A DNA stretch of 63,782 nt, counting the filler, from Octopus bimaculoides (taxonomy: Eukaryota), in assembly GCF_001194135.2 (NCBI RefSeq). It is 4 parts of 4 records of this genome, joined end to end, with 100 filler letters (N's around TTAATTAATTAA, not from the genome) between each part and the next. Parts side by side here need not be neighbours in the genome. Positions count along the whole stretch, not along the records: positions 1 to 18,455 come from NC_068982.1; positions 18,556 to 36,011 come from NC_068985.1; 2 more parts are not named here. The stretch is one strand, 5' to 3'. A program made the translations under genes and the position numbers. Shown here piece after piece: positions 13,904 through 26,099 of the stretch (its first letter is position 1; each line of letters begins with the position of its first letter). The notes beneath the pieces were generated by a model. It saw nothing but the letters and a program-made list of their open reading frames with translations. It searched no databases and was not told the origin of the DNA.

Positions 13904-14439
13904 TACATGGTATGCATGTGTATACATACATACATACATACATATATATANNNNNNNNNNNNNNNNNTATATATATATATATATATATACCAAATGATTA
14001 GAAGACAAAGGAAATTCTTTACCACATCTTTGATTATTCGTTACAATTGTTTCTGTACCAACTCTACTCTAGTTTCCCACAAATTAACGTAATGTTTGCA
14101 GTTTTTACACATTAGAGAGGCACTTCATCAGATTTGCATACATGAAGAACTGTAGCTAAGTTGTTTGGGTGTCCACACATCAGTAAGTGGCTAATCCAGC
14201 GATGTGTACGAGTAATGTTGCCCTGCTCACCTAGGTTGTATCATTCGAAAGTTGAAACAATGTGTAGTGTATTGCGACTAGCATTTTAAAAAACATTCTA
14301 TAGCCTGGTCAATTACATGTTCTGTGTGAATTTGCAATTTGATGACACGTCATTTGGGCAATGCTGCTGGAATATTTACCGTATCGTACAAAATACATAG
14401 CACTCACGGTGGCGTTAGAAGGAATGAAGTTTGTGTTTC

Positions 14440-14620
14440 TCCGTCAGTTACAACGTGTATCCCAGTTGATCCCATAAATAGAACTGACTTCCTGTGAAAT
14501 TAAAGTACAAGTACCAGAGCACCGCACAGAGATACGTACTCTTAACGTAATTCTCAGGGTGATTCAATGTACGTTGAACGGGACAAGGATTGCCCTTTGA
14601 AAAAACAGGTACAAGAGTGG
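14440..14620 (-). mobile_element. SINE family C, 3' half
   Basis: Reverse complement aligns by eye to 2670-2850. Confidence 0.6.
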
Positions 14621-16114
14621 AGTGGAACAACATGACATAAAGTGCCTCACAACGCGCCTTTCAGGGAGCGAATTAATAGTTTTTAATATGAGTTATTGTC
14701 TTTAAGTATATATAGTGAATATTTCTGTCGCTAATACACCACAATGTAATTCGTATCTACTATCTAGTACAAGTATTGCTATATGCATGAAAATTATAGT
14801 TAAATATCCACTAATAACGAAAATAAAACCTTGTCGAAATAATAGAACCAATTAGACTAAACGTGGTCAAAGACCAGACAATGGGAGAACCTTAAACAGT
14901 AAAAATCACAAACTGAAACGATATATGTTGCAGAACACAAGATACTCTAAACGATGGGCCAAAGTTGAATGTATTCAAATTTAACATCAGCAGAATAAAA
15001 TTTAATGTAAATTGTGATAGGTTCCCAATCATTAACTGCTCTATTGGAAATTGTTGTGGTTTCCACACTAAGAAATAGTATTCAGTCCAACGTCGTTCAC
15101 AGCGCACAAAACATTTATATACTGTCTGGGAATTACACGATATAAGAGAATCACCACTACTTACACTTTCATGTATTAGTATTGGATGCCCACATCACAT
15201 AACGCAAGTTACTGCACTAAACTACAACAGCAGCATAAAACTTATACAAACTGCTTAGAGACTAACAAGATTAATTCATAAAACGCGCTAGACTAAATGA
15301 AACTGAAAGTATAAACCACCATTAAATTAGTGTCCACTAAACATAATTTAAATAAAAAGGAAAAAAACTAATATAAAATATTCCTTATCATATCTATGTG
15401 CTGATGACTACTAACACAAAATTACATAAAGCAAAAACAATGTTATAAGGCAATTAACATTAAAATCACAAGCTATGATTATACCAGATAGCTAAGACAC
15501 ATGTTACATGTAACAACAATACCAACGGGAAAAAAAGCGAACTCAAAAGATTAATAGCTAAACGTCACTACTGTAAATGAAATTAAAATGATAAAGAAAA
15601 ATTAAACTAGTGTTTAATAAATGAAACTACAATGAATTAAAGAATAAACAAGCATAAAATATTGCTTATCAAGTTCATGTATTAATGACTGCTAAAACGG
15701 ATGTAACTTAACCAAAAACAAGCATTACACTAGAATTAATTAAAAAGCAAACCAATCAGTATAGGAAAAACGTAAAAACATTGTGAACCATGATTACATC
15801 AGTGATGCAGTAATCGTGTTGCAAGGCCAGTATAATGATTTACAGTTTTCCCTCCTACGCAACCTAGTTTCATAAAGGTCAAACTTAGCTGTGCTGTAAG
15901 TATAGGTGTGAAGAAACAAAGGGAGATAAACACTGGAAACCATTCAGAAACATTCGTTACTAACACATTAAGACGATAAACACTTAAGACTGTCTAGCAT
16001 TACTAAATACTACACGGATATTTCTGGGGATGGTCATATTTTGCTAATAAAACACACGCACTATTTTGTTGCTCTTTACTTCAGCGTCATCATCATCATC
16101 ATCATTATTATTGC

Positions 16115-16168
<54 letters not shown>

Positions 16169-16260
16169 CATTATTGGTTGTTTTGATTTTTTGTCAAAAT
16201 TCTTTTGTCACTCAACTTGTCAACTCTTCAACAACTATTTATGCCACGTGGGATAAAGAG

Positions 16261-16301
16261 TCGCTGCAGAGGTCACAGGAGGTGTGACGAAAGAGCTATG
16301 A
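16261..16301 (+). ncRNA. Minimal hammerhead-ribozyme-like motif with a core substitution (CTGCAGA)
   Basis: CTGCAGA-G-GTCACA ggagg TGTGAC-GAAA-GAGCTA: perfect 6-bp stem II; same family as 13142-13186; abuts a Penelope RT remnant. Confidence 0.5.
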
Positions 16302-16339
16302 AGAACAAACAAAACTAAGAAGAAAGCTGAAATAAAAAC

Positions 16340-16950
16340 CAAGCATATAGTACGTGTGTTTGGATCGACAGGTAATTCTTCATATGAAGTTTTGTCATTT
16401 AAAACTTCGTCACAAGCCGAAATATACTCACTTTTGCCCACAATTACAATAGCGCCTCCCTTATCCACCATCTAAATAACAATAGAATCATTATTAGCGA
16501 AACGACGGAGTGCGTAACGCAGGGGATTTGTGAGGTTATTCCAGCACTTCTTTCCCCTTGTTTTAAGGCTTTCTCTTATGCCTGCCTGACATGATTCAAG
16601 AAATTCCAGTAGTGCTTGTGAACGTCCATCCCAAACTTTACCTGGATACCAATTGGAATTCTTTCCAATCCAATTATGCAAAATTCGATCAACGCCATTT
16701 TTAATTTCAGTAAGTATAGGGTTTTCTGGTTCCTCGTTATCATTTTTTTAATATTCCTTCAGCCTGTGGCGATGGACAATCTGAAGTAGATTTTTAGCTA
16801 GTTTATTCTTCTCGAAATTCTTAGTGCATGACCAGAAACACAGTCCAAGCTCTAAGACAGAGATAACGTATGGTGAAAGTTGCAGTTTAGAAAAATTTAT
16901 TACCGACTTATTTTCTAGTGTTATGGATTTTCTTGAGCAAGTATTTTTCA
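16340..16950 (-). mobile_element. Penelope-like reverse transcriptase N-terminal remnant
   Basis: VINFSKLQLS...VLELGLCF, then NNLTNPLRYALRRFANNDSIVI*MVDKGGAIVIV..SEY...LNDKTSYEELPVDP; hallmark PLE ADKG motif region. Confidence 0.8.
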
Positions 16951-17149
16951 GAGTCTACTGACTACCTTTTCAGTTTTGCTCAAAGTCTTCACCTAAAACA
17001 TGAAACCTATTGGAGAAGTCATAACTTTTAGTCGTCATTCTAGGAATAATCCATTTCTGGGTGGGTGATAGAAAGTGAGTTACTTCTGCGGTTTTTGTAG
17101 CCATTTGAAAAATCTTTACTTTCGAGAAAGGAACAAATTTATTGTTTTC

Positions 17150-17665
17150 GAGGCAACATACACCGGAAAAAGGTAATGGACAAAAGGTGGAAGGCAAAAA
17201 TCCTCTGGAAGTTTGATTTCCAGACAGACAAAGTGTCAAAGCACCGAAGGCCGGATATTGTAACCATTACGAGGGACAAACAAGAGAGCCTAATAATCGA
17301 CGTAGCAGTGCCAGGAGAGAAACACATCGTCATGAAAGAAAGAGAAAAAGTTGATAAATATGGAGACCTGAGAATTGAGATCGCTAAAATGTAGAGGCAA
17401 CGAGAGTCGAACATAAAGATTATCACCATCGGCATCGGAACATTAGGTTCAATACCACCCAATCTGAAAAAAAACATCTGAAAACGTTAAAAATACTCGA
17501 CAATCTAGTTGTATTGCAGAAGTCGGCAGGCATTACTTGAGACTGCACCCATATTGCGTGAACTAATTTCTGAGGTCCTTGTCGCGAATTGACAAACAGT
17601 ACAACTCCCCGGTAGACAAAATATCTTCAATCAACAACCTCACGATATTGTATACTGTGAGACGT
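17150..17665 (+). mobile_element. R4/Dong-clade non-LTR retrotransposon 3' end (RLE domain) followed by (TAA)n
   Basis: ILWKFDFQTDK...RRPDIV...IIDVAVPGE...KEREKVDKYGDL...IGIGTLG; (TAA)n at ~17668-17735. Confidence 0.85.
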
Positions 17666-17666
17666 C

Positions 17667-17729
<63 letters not shown>

Positions 17730-17735
17730 AATAAT

Positions 17736-17944
17736 CTTGTCTACTATAGGCACAAGGCTTGACATCTTAGGGATGCGAATAGTCGATTGTATCGACTCCA
17801 GAGCGTAACTGGTACTTATTTCATCGACTCCGAAAGGATGAAAGGCAAAAACGGCCTCAGTGCAATTTTGAACTCACAGCATAAAGACAGAGGAGATAAC
17901 GCTAGGCTTTGTGCTTGCCGTGCTAACGATTCTGCCAGCTGACC
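17736..17944 (-). mobile_element. SINE family B
   Basis: Reverse complement of the family-B consensus, flanked by (TAA)n runs. Confidence 0.75.
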
Positions 17945-17951
17945 GAATTAT

Positions 17952-18023
<72 letters not shown>

Positions 18024-18182
18024 GCCTCGATGCAGTACTAGGCAGTGTCTCTAGTGGATTCTTATCTTAATTGATTGGAAATGTTATCATATACGTGTTC
18101 TATATTTAAGAGAGGAGAAATTATGTACATTATTTACATTATTTACATTTGACGGATGTTTGTCCTCATCTTGTTTGTTGTT

Positions 18183-18228
18183 AACACAACGTTTCGGCTG
18201 ATATATCCTCCAGTCTTCATCAGGTGTC
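18183..18228 (-). ncRNA. Minimal type I hammerhead ribozyme motif within a Penelope-type terminal repeat
   Basis: Minus strand GACAC-CTGATGA-A-GACTG gaggatatat CAGCC-GAAAC-GTT-GTGTT: intact core, 5-bp stem I (one G-U), 4/5-bp stem II, palindromic AACGTT stem III. Confidence 0.65.
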
Positions 18229-18499
18229 TTGAGGAAATTTCGAACCTGGGCTCTCATTCCTAAGGTATTTTTCGATGTTATTATATAATTGGAAGTGGAG
18301 AGACAAGTTACTGAAGAGATTGCAAGAGTGCAATGAAATGATTTAACAAAAACCTATATAAATTAATAAAGGACTGAACCAGTGCGTGTGTTTATTACCG
18401 GCATAATGCCTCTCCCAAGATGTTATTATTATTATTATTATTATTAATATTATTTNNNNNNNNNNNNNNNNNNNNNNNNNNNNNNNNNNNNNNNNNNNN

Positions 18500-18511
18500 T
18501 TAATTAATTAA
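18500..18511. other. Assembly gap linker TTAATTAATTAA (also at 36056-36067 and 62462-62473)
   Basis: Identical 12-mer flanked by 44 N on each side (100 bp total) three times. Confidence 0.9.
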
Positions 18512-18904
18512 NNNNNNNNNNNNNNNNNNNNNNNNNNNNNNNNNNNNNNNNNNNNTATATATATATATATATGTATGTATGTATATGTATATATATATAC
18601 GCTTGTTGACCTTGTAAGGAATATTATTGTCAACTTTGGTCTGCTGTCCGTTGTGGCGTTCTCTCTTTCTTTCATCAGTTTCAAAATCGAGTCCCTAATT
18701 CCTACTATTTCTATTTTGGTAGGCATGCCTCAACAACTGTCTCATCATTTGAACTTTACCTCTTTATACCTAATATATAAATACGCAAGTATTTATTCAC
18801 GTCACATCATTGGTTTCTATGGCTGCATGCATACATATTTATGTCATTATTCGGTTGTCCTGCTAAAGTTTCTTCTCTGGTACCACCTCTTAAAGTGGTA
18901 CTAG

Positions 18905-18954
<50 letters not shown>

Positions 18955-19009
18955 AAATGTTTAGTGGGAGAAATAAGAGAATCAGAAAGCAATGCATGAG
19001 TATATATAT

Positions 19010-19340
19010 ACTTTTGTACTCTATGCACAAGGACCTCGGCGGAATTTAACTCAGAGCATAAAGACAGACGAAATAGCGCCTATCATTTCGCCCGCTGTGC
19101 TAACGTTTCTTTTTTCTATATTGCCCACAGGGGACTAAACATAGAAAGGACAAACAAGGACAGACAAAGGGATTAAGTCGATAACATCGACTCCAGTGCG
19201 TAACTGGTACTTAATTTATCGACCCCGAAAGGATGAAAGGCAAAGCCGACCTCGGCAGAATTTGAACTCAGAACGTTTCGGCGGACGAAATACTGCTAAG
19301 CATTTCGCCCGGCATGCTAACGTTTCTGCCAGCTCGCCGA
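19010..19340 (-). mobile_element. Two adjacent SINE family B copies (one short, one near full length)
   Basis: CTCGGC(G/A)GAATTT(A/G)A(A)CTCAGA core occurs twice, at ~19035 and ~19250. Confidence 0.75.
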
Positions 19341-19996
19341 CTTAATATGAAAATAAGAATTATTTTATAGATTATATTGGTTTATCGAAAAGAATTCCTA
19401 GACATGTTATTATTATTAATACAATATAAAATTCTAAAACTATATGTATCAGTTATAACGAAATTAAAAATAAAAATACCTTTGGAAACGGGTTCATGTA
19501 CGTGTATGTGCGTGTGTGTGTGCACGTGTGTGTGTGTGTACGTGTGTGTGTGTATGTGTGTGTACGTATTTATCTGTTTATGCGTGTGTGTGTGCATGTA
19601 CGTGTGTATGTGTGAGTGTGTACGTGCGTGTGTGTGAGTACGTGTGTTTACACAAAAGAAATAAATATATATTTATTTGAACATCCGTAATTTATCGATT
19701 CGAAAGTTCGTTCGGTGTACTGGCACGCGTGACGGTTTGACATTTAGGATTCGACTGGCACAGACATTGAAGTCGAGCTGTTGTGAGATTTCCATCAACA
19801 AAGCCGCTGATAGGACAATTGACTCGTCTTTTGGGTGTTAATTCTGAAACTTTGTTACTTTAGGAAAAATATCAAATCCTTGTAAATAAGTAGCAAAATG
19901 TTCTAGAAATGTTGCGTAATACTTGTGTCATTAAAAGGAATAAATATCGATCTCTCCCCACTCTCCCTCTATGTGTGTCTGCGCGTGTGAATGTAA

Positions 19997-20029
<33 letters not shown>

Positions 20030-20084
20030 ATGAACTAAAAAAAGATTGCACACACGTTAACAGCGACATGGTCATAAAGGCGAC

Positions 20085-20290
20085 AAGCTGTCAGAAGCGT
20101 TAGCACGTCAGACAAAAAAAAACAACACTTATCGGCATTACGTACGGAGTTCAAACCCTGCTCATGTCGAATTTACTTTTCATTTTCTCGGGGTCTATAA
20201 AATAAGCACCAGCTTGAGCCCTAGAATCGATGTAATCGACGAGTCAGCACCCCACCCAAAATTTCAGACCTTGTGCCATTAATAGAAAGG
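20085..20290 (+). mobile_element. SINE family B, diverged
   Basis: AAGCTGTCAGAAGCGTTAGCACG...GTTCAAACC...GATGTAATCGAC...CTTGTGCC. Confidence 0.65.
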
Positions 20291-20929
20291 GTCACCGTGC
20301 GCCAATATTTATGGTCGGGATCCTTGCTTTCCTGATATCTATTTACACTGGCACAAGAAAGCGTGTTGTGCACCATCTTTACCAGTTTCTTCGCTTAGTT
20401 CTCTATTCTAAAGATCAGGTACGCAATTCTACCATCATCCACGGCCTCTCAAAATTTATGAGAAGTAGATGATCCTCCTGACCAGTGGAACTGCTTTCTT
20501 CATGAAGAAGCGAAAGTGCATACGCCCCAATCTGGTTCAGTGTTTTTCGCGATAAAATATGGCAGTCTTGCATCAATACAACAATAAAGCGATGTAGATG
20601 CTAACCATTTTCTATGGATCATTCGGGAATTAATCCTTTTTAGTCCTTTTCTAAGTGAAATTCACAATTTGTTTTCCGTATTTGTCGTTTTAAGGCGGCT
20701 GTAAACCATGTGTGTGTGTGTGTGAATGGAAAGCAAAGACTAAAAATAAAATTCTATAATTAGAATTCTAAATTTATAAGAGGGTGTAGAAGGATGTTAA
20801 TGATAAATTAAGGGTTAGGAATATGAGAAAAGGGGGTTGGATACAGAACTACACACTAAGTTGAGGGGACTAAAATACTGAAACTTTTAAGGATGTAAGT
20901 TTGTAATTTTAAAAAAATACATGAAACCC

Positions 20930-20965
<36 letters not shown>

Positions 20966-21119
20966 NNNNNNNNNNNNNNNNNNNNNNNNNNNNNNNNNNN
21001 NNNNNNNNNNNNNNNNNNNNNNNNNNNNNNNNNNNNNNNNNNNNNNNNNNTTCTCTCTCTCTCTCTCTCTCTCGTATCTATCTACCTCATTTTAAAATTT
21101 TTTATCCTCCACCAGTTCT

Positions 21120-22286
21120 GAATCGTACCTAAATCTTCGGTCCAAAGATAGAAGCCACCCTCGCGCACGAACTTACATCTTCTTACGCCCAGTTTCAACC
21201 AATACTTTTTTTGGTATAGTGCTATTCTGATTTCCAGGAAATCAACACCATAATGATTGCAATTGCTCTAGAACCAAAACATAGAGGACACTGGAAAAAG
21301 CATTCTTGACTGACTGAAAACGGAATTTGAAACGATTTTGATAGATAATTATTTAGTTTGATAACCGAACAACTAGCACTATCCAATGTAGAGATTCGAG
21401 CTCTGAAAGGAGGACATAAACCATCTTCAGAGCTCGGGTTGCGGCGGTCGATCTTGATCCTACAGAACGCCTGTAGACTGAACGAATACTCAGTGGCCTA
21501 CCAGATAGATCTGGTTCCGATCTTTACGATGTACTGCATAAGCTGGAGAGTGAAAAGAACAGATTTCCTAGAGTTTCCACAGGTTTGTGCTTTTCCCACT
21601 AAAACACCAGCAACACAGGTCAACCTCTTGGCAATCGCTTTGCCAAAATTAGTAAAATTTCTAAGCGTAAAACTGTTTATTACGCCTCCAAAGCTCGGTT
21701 CTTTTTTAACTAGCGTCACCAAAACTTGTCTTACACAAATAAAAAATGCTCCCTGTCTATTGTCAGTTGCGGTAGCTATCTATTAAGATAATAATGAACG
21801 ACTGTAGCCTGTTGCATTATTGCTCATTGGGCTGATCGTCCAATTAATTAATTATCTGCTCTTTTAGCTGTTGGAATTGGTTATTCGCAGTAATTTTTAT
21901 GGTAGGCATCGAAATTAGCCAGCTTCATCTATTTTTACTTTTTATTCTTACGAACAGATCCATAAAGTGCTGCTGAAAAACTGCACGCTTCTGTATGAAT
22001 TTGGAAGGAATGCGTCTGTTGCTGCCCATCAAAGACCGAAGCTTGGATTGGATTTCCTACGGAACCTATGCTAACGGGGTCTATCGATCAACTTTCGATC
22101 TCTCACATTGCACAGTTCACGTCGATGCACAAACAACGCACCCTTCGAGGAAATGGTCAAGGACCATTCTTGCAATAAGCACGCTGGATGCGGTGCATTT
22201 TTATGTTCGTTTCTTCGAATCGATTGACTCGCAACTCCACTCGTGGGTTATTCTCTATTGCACCTTTGCTAAAATAAGTAAAATCT

Positions 22287-22334
<48 letters not shown>

Positions 22335-22892
22335 NNNNNNNNNNNNNNNNNNNNNNNNNNNNNNNNNNNNNNNNNNNNNNNNNNNNNNNNNNNNNNNNNN
22401 NNNNNNNNNNNNNNNNNNNNNNNNNNNNNNNNNNNNNNNNNNNNNNNNNNNNNNNNNNNNNNNNNNNNNNNNNNNNNNNNNNNNNNNNNNNNNNNNNNNN
22501 NNNNNNNNNNNNNNNNNNNNNNNNNNNNNNNNNNNNNNNNNNNNNNNNNNNNNNNNNNNNNNNNNNNNNNNNNNNNNNNNNNNNNNNNNNNNNNNNNNNN
22601 NNNNNNNNNNNNNNNNNNNNNNNNNNNNNNNNNNNNNNNNNNNNNNNNNNNNNNNNNNNNNNNNNNNNNNNNNNNNNNNNNNNNNNNNNNNNNNNNNNNN
22701 NNNNNNNNNNNNNNNNNNNNNNNNNNNNNNNNNNNNNNNNNNNNNNNNNNNNNNNNNNNNNNNNNNNNNNNNNNNNNNNNNNNNNNNNNNNNNNNNNNNN
22801 NNNNNNNNNNNNNNNNNNNNNNNNNNNNNNNNNNNNNNNNNNNNNNNNNNNNNNNNNNNNNNNNNNNNNNNNNNNNNNNNNNNNNNTCTCTC

Positions 22893-22931
<39 letters not shown>

Positions 22932-22992
22932 CTCATTCTTTCTCAGTCTCTCTCTTTCTCTCTCTCTCAATCTCACTCTTTCTCAGTCTCTC

Positions 22993-23035
<43 letters not shown>

Positions 23036-23900
23036 GAGGCTTACCATTTCTTATCAACAATTGTACGCGTCATTTCCCGCTTAGCTAATTCACTAATCTG
23101 GTCCCTGAATTTCATTCCAGGAAAGATGCACTCAGTTTCTAGTATCTGAAAGTCTGTCTACTGGAGTTATCTGATTTAACTGCAATCGCTCAGACATTCG
23201 CGGTCTGTGTAACCAAATGCCCAAAACTGTGGACCATCTGCTTCTACACTACCCCTATTGGTTAATCTTACGAAAACACCAAGTACAAACTGGTTGATCT
23301 GCTGCAATTTGATCAAACATACATTAGCGATGCCAAGAAATACAGGCAATGTCTGTCAGGTAATTGAAAATACTTGAGCAGGTTTCCATAGATTTTAGAT
23401 AGTTCTCCTGTATCTCCTACTTCTACACAGCCCTTGCCTGCATCTAAGATTTCATTCAAGTCGCCCACGAACGCTAATGGGCGAGGTGTTTCTTGGAGTG
23501 ACTCTAGATGTATAATGAAATCTGACTGTCGAGCCCCTGGCGTAGTGTGAACAGCCCCCAGTCTGAAAGTTTTACATTCTTTAGTGTTGTTCACGTTCAA
23601 AACCATCGACTGGCTTTCCAGGTCCAGGTCCAGGAAGACCGTGCATTCATCTATATTCAAACGTTTCCGAAACAACACTGCTACACCACTCAATCCTAAC
23701 TAGTCGATGAGAGTTTCTTAATCGGCCAGAAGGAGAGAGAAAACGGAAATCCTGTGTCTCGGTGATGGCTACTACAACTATACTTAGTAACCTGAGGCCG
23801 ATCAGCATGTATCTCTGCTTCCACGCCGACCTCAGGCCACGTGTATTTATACAACCTACTCTTTAAGAACATGGTATCGAGCAAAAGAGTAAGAAAATCC
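21120..23900 (-). mobile_element. L1/Tx1-clade LINE ORF2 remnant (APE plus RT pieces), interrupted by (CT)n and a gap
   Basis: SGVAVLFRK...FRLGAVHT..G.RQSDF..HLE...LAFVGDLNEILD (APE); FRDQISELAKREMTRTIVDKKW; LYVLVLEQL (RT4-like). Same family as 43080-47400. Confidence 0.65.
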
Positions 23901-24639
23901 ATCTACTTCGTTTATTAATTATTGGTAATCCGGGTCTTAGAATTTTTTGTCCTGGGGCCCTCCGGTTTAATAATAGCAAGTACAACAAAGGTTATAGTGA
24001 AAATATGCTGACTATAACGATGATGATGGTGGTGGTGGTGATGATGGTGATGATGCTGGTAATCGACACAATTAAACAAAGTAGTGATTAAATAACATTG
24101 TTACATCAGTAATATAACGCTGATAAAGACTCTTAATCAGTAATTATCAATTTACGTTAATTATTCTCAACTAGTATGAGATTTAAAGTTTCGATTACAT
24201 GTTTTTCCTTATTTTAAATGTTAACATATTAATACCACTGATAACTGTAGCATGCTTTTGGATTATCAGGCAAAGGAGTTTAACGGTGGATAATAATTGT
24301 GACCTATAACGACTAGACAAGCATAACATTTTCATTTTATTTTTTGCAAATCAGTCCTCCAAGCAAATAAATAATCCGTTTCAATGATTTTATCAGAATT
24401 ATTAACAACAGCAACATTAGAACCACTGGATGGACAGAAACCAATTCGATAGCTTCCATCTGTTCGCTAAACTTGCTAAATGTGGCAGTTTAATCTTCCT
24501 CAAAATCATACTATACTGCTTAAAAGAAAGGCTTTGAATTCAAGAAGAGAGGATGATGCCAGCTCTTTGGACATTGGTCTAATCAACGAAGCTTGACAAG
24601 AACAACAACAACAACGTCAACACCAGCGAAGAGGAGCCA

Positions 24640-24830
24640 TCGAGGGAGTTTCTCAATTTACACCCAGCGTATATAATATATTTGCCTGAACAGGGACACA
24701 GTGTGCCACGCGTCAAGTGTCAAAGTGATCGCAGAGCAACGTGAGATGATGTGTTTTGCTCAAGAACAAAACACACCACCTGGTCTGACGATCGTGAGTA
24801 CAACATCCTAACCACTAGGCATGGCGTCCA
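24640..24830 (-). mobile_element. tRNA-headed SINE, family E
   Basis: Minus strand GCCATGCCTAGTGGTTAGGATG...TTCTTGAGCAAAACAC; tRNA-like head and CORE-like segment. Confidence 0.55.
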
Positions 24831-24883
24831 TTTGATGGAGGGAGTGAAGGAATGTACGGCACATATATTTGATCTTTATAAGC

Positions 24884-25610
24884 CAGTATTTCCCAAACTT
24901 TTCGTGCCAAATTGCAATATCGCCCACCTATCAGCCAAAAAATGCTGTATCGCTCACCAGTGTAAAAAAGAAACCTGACACAATCGACTGCATCGACCTC
25001 CAACGGATTGCTGTACCAATTTAGAATATTCAGTGCAATAACATCTTGAAATCGCTCCACCATGTCATCGTGCAATGATTGTAAATAGTTGCGATATGTA
25101 GTTAAATCCTCATCAACCAATTCATCTTTCAAAGAATCAAGGTGTGAAAATTGATCGAACTGACATTTTGAAATGTTAGTCTTATACAACACCAATTTCG
25201 AAATGAAGACGCACAGGCAAGAATATTACTGAGTGGAATATTATGTTCAAAAAGGAAAGACTTGAGAGTGTGAAAAACAGTTGCACCTTTTGAATCAAAC
25301 AGAAATTTCTCTGTGAATAGCATTTCCTTACAAGGTTGAAAGTTTTCGCTGAAATACCGAATGTATACCATCATCAAACACTGATTGTCCACAACAGTTG
25401 AGAGAATATTAGTATTAATGAGCTGACATTTGACATCGTTGGCCATTTCATTGATGCATCGAGAAATCGTGTAATTGTTAAGTGAGATCTTCTTCATAAT
25501 GTTATCGTATTTTTTGTGTATAACGGTTGACAAAACCTCTTCGATAAGTGGGCGAAGTAATGTTTCTCCAATTGTGTGAGACTTCCAAAACTTAGCAACA
25601 AAGCAATGCA
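24884..25610 (-). mobile_element. hAT (Charlie/Buster-like) transposase remnant with terminal repeat
   Basis: KSHTIGETLLRP...ISLNNYTISRCINEMANDV...MVYIRY...EMLF...KGATVF and YLQSLHDDMVERFQD; TIR-like CAGTATTTCCCAAACTT at 24884. Confidence 0.8.
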
Positions 25611-25683
25611 ATGTTGTAATGGGACTGAACCCGGAACCATGTGGTTCGTAAGCAAGCTACTACCACACAGCCACTCTTACGCC
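25607..25683 (-). mobile_element. SINE family A, tRNA head only
   Basis: Reverse complement of GGCGTAAGAGTGGCTGTGTGGTAGTAGC...GGTTCAGTCCC. Confidence 0.75.
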
Positions 25684-26099
25684 TACTATTCATATTTATT
25701 TATTTTTATTGGTTTGCTCTTGTGAGTGGGATTGTGCTTATGGCCTTCGGTGAGATCATTGTAAGTCAACGTTCCACTTTAACTGTTGCAAGTCAACGGT
25801 TGCAGGATAAATATCTTCAGGGTAGGAAATGAGATGACTGACTTTCTAAAGGCAGAAGTCGAGGCTTAATGATTAAACAAAGGCCTGAGAAGACTGATAC
25901 AGTTTTGAGTGATGAGAAAAGGAAATACGACTGTCGGGAAGTGTCCGAGTGGAAATGTCGCGAAACCAGCTATTTTCAAGAAGCAGGTTTTACCGTAGTT
26001 GCAGTAATAAGGCAGATGGAATGAACAAAATGTCTGCGGGGCAAAAGTTGGATCGCGTTAGTAAGTGACTATTTTCCGAACAGTTTTAATCCGAATGCA

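Noticed and set aside
18456-18555. Recurrent TTAATTAATTAA palindrome as a possible recombination or regulatory site
   Set aside because: Always centred in an exact 44N+12+44N block; an assembly spacer.
19680-19860. CpG-rich non-repeat island as the first exon or promoter of the cyclase gene
   Set aside because: Lies 17 kb from the acceptor with no sequence evidence linking the two; needs transcript data.
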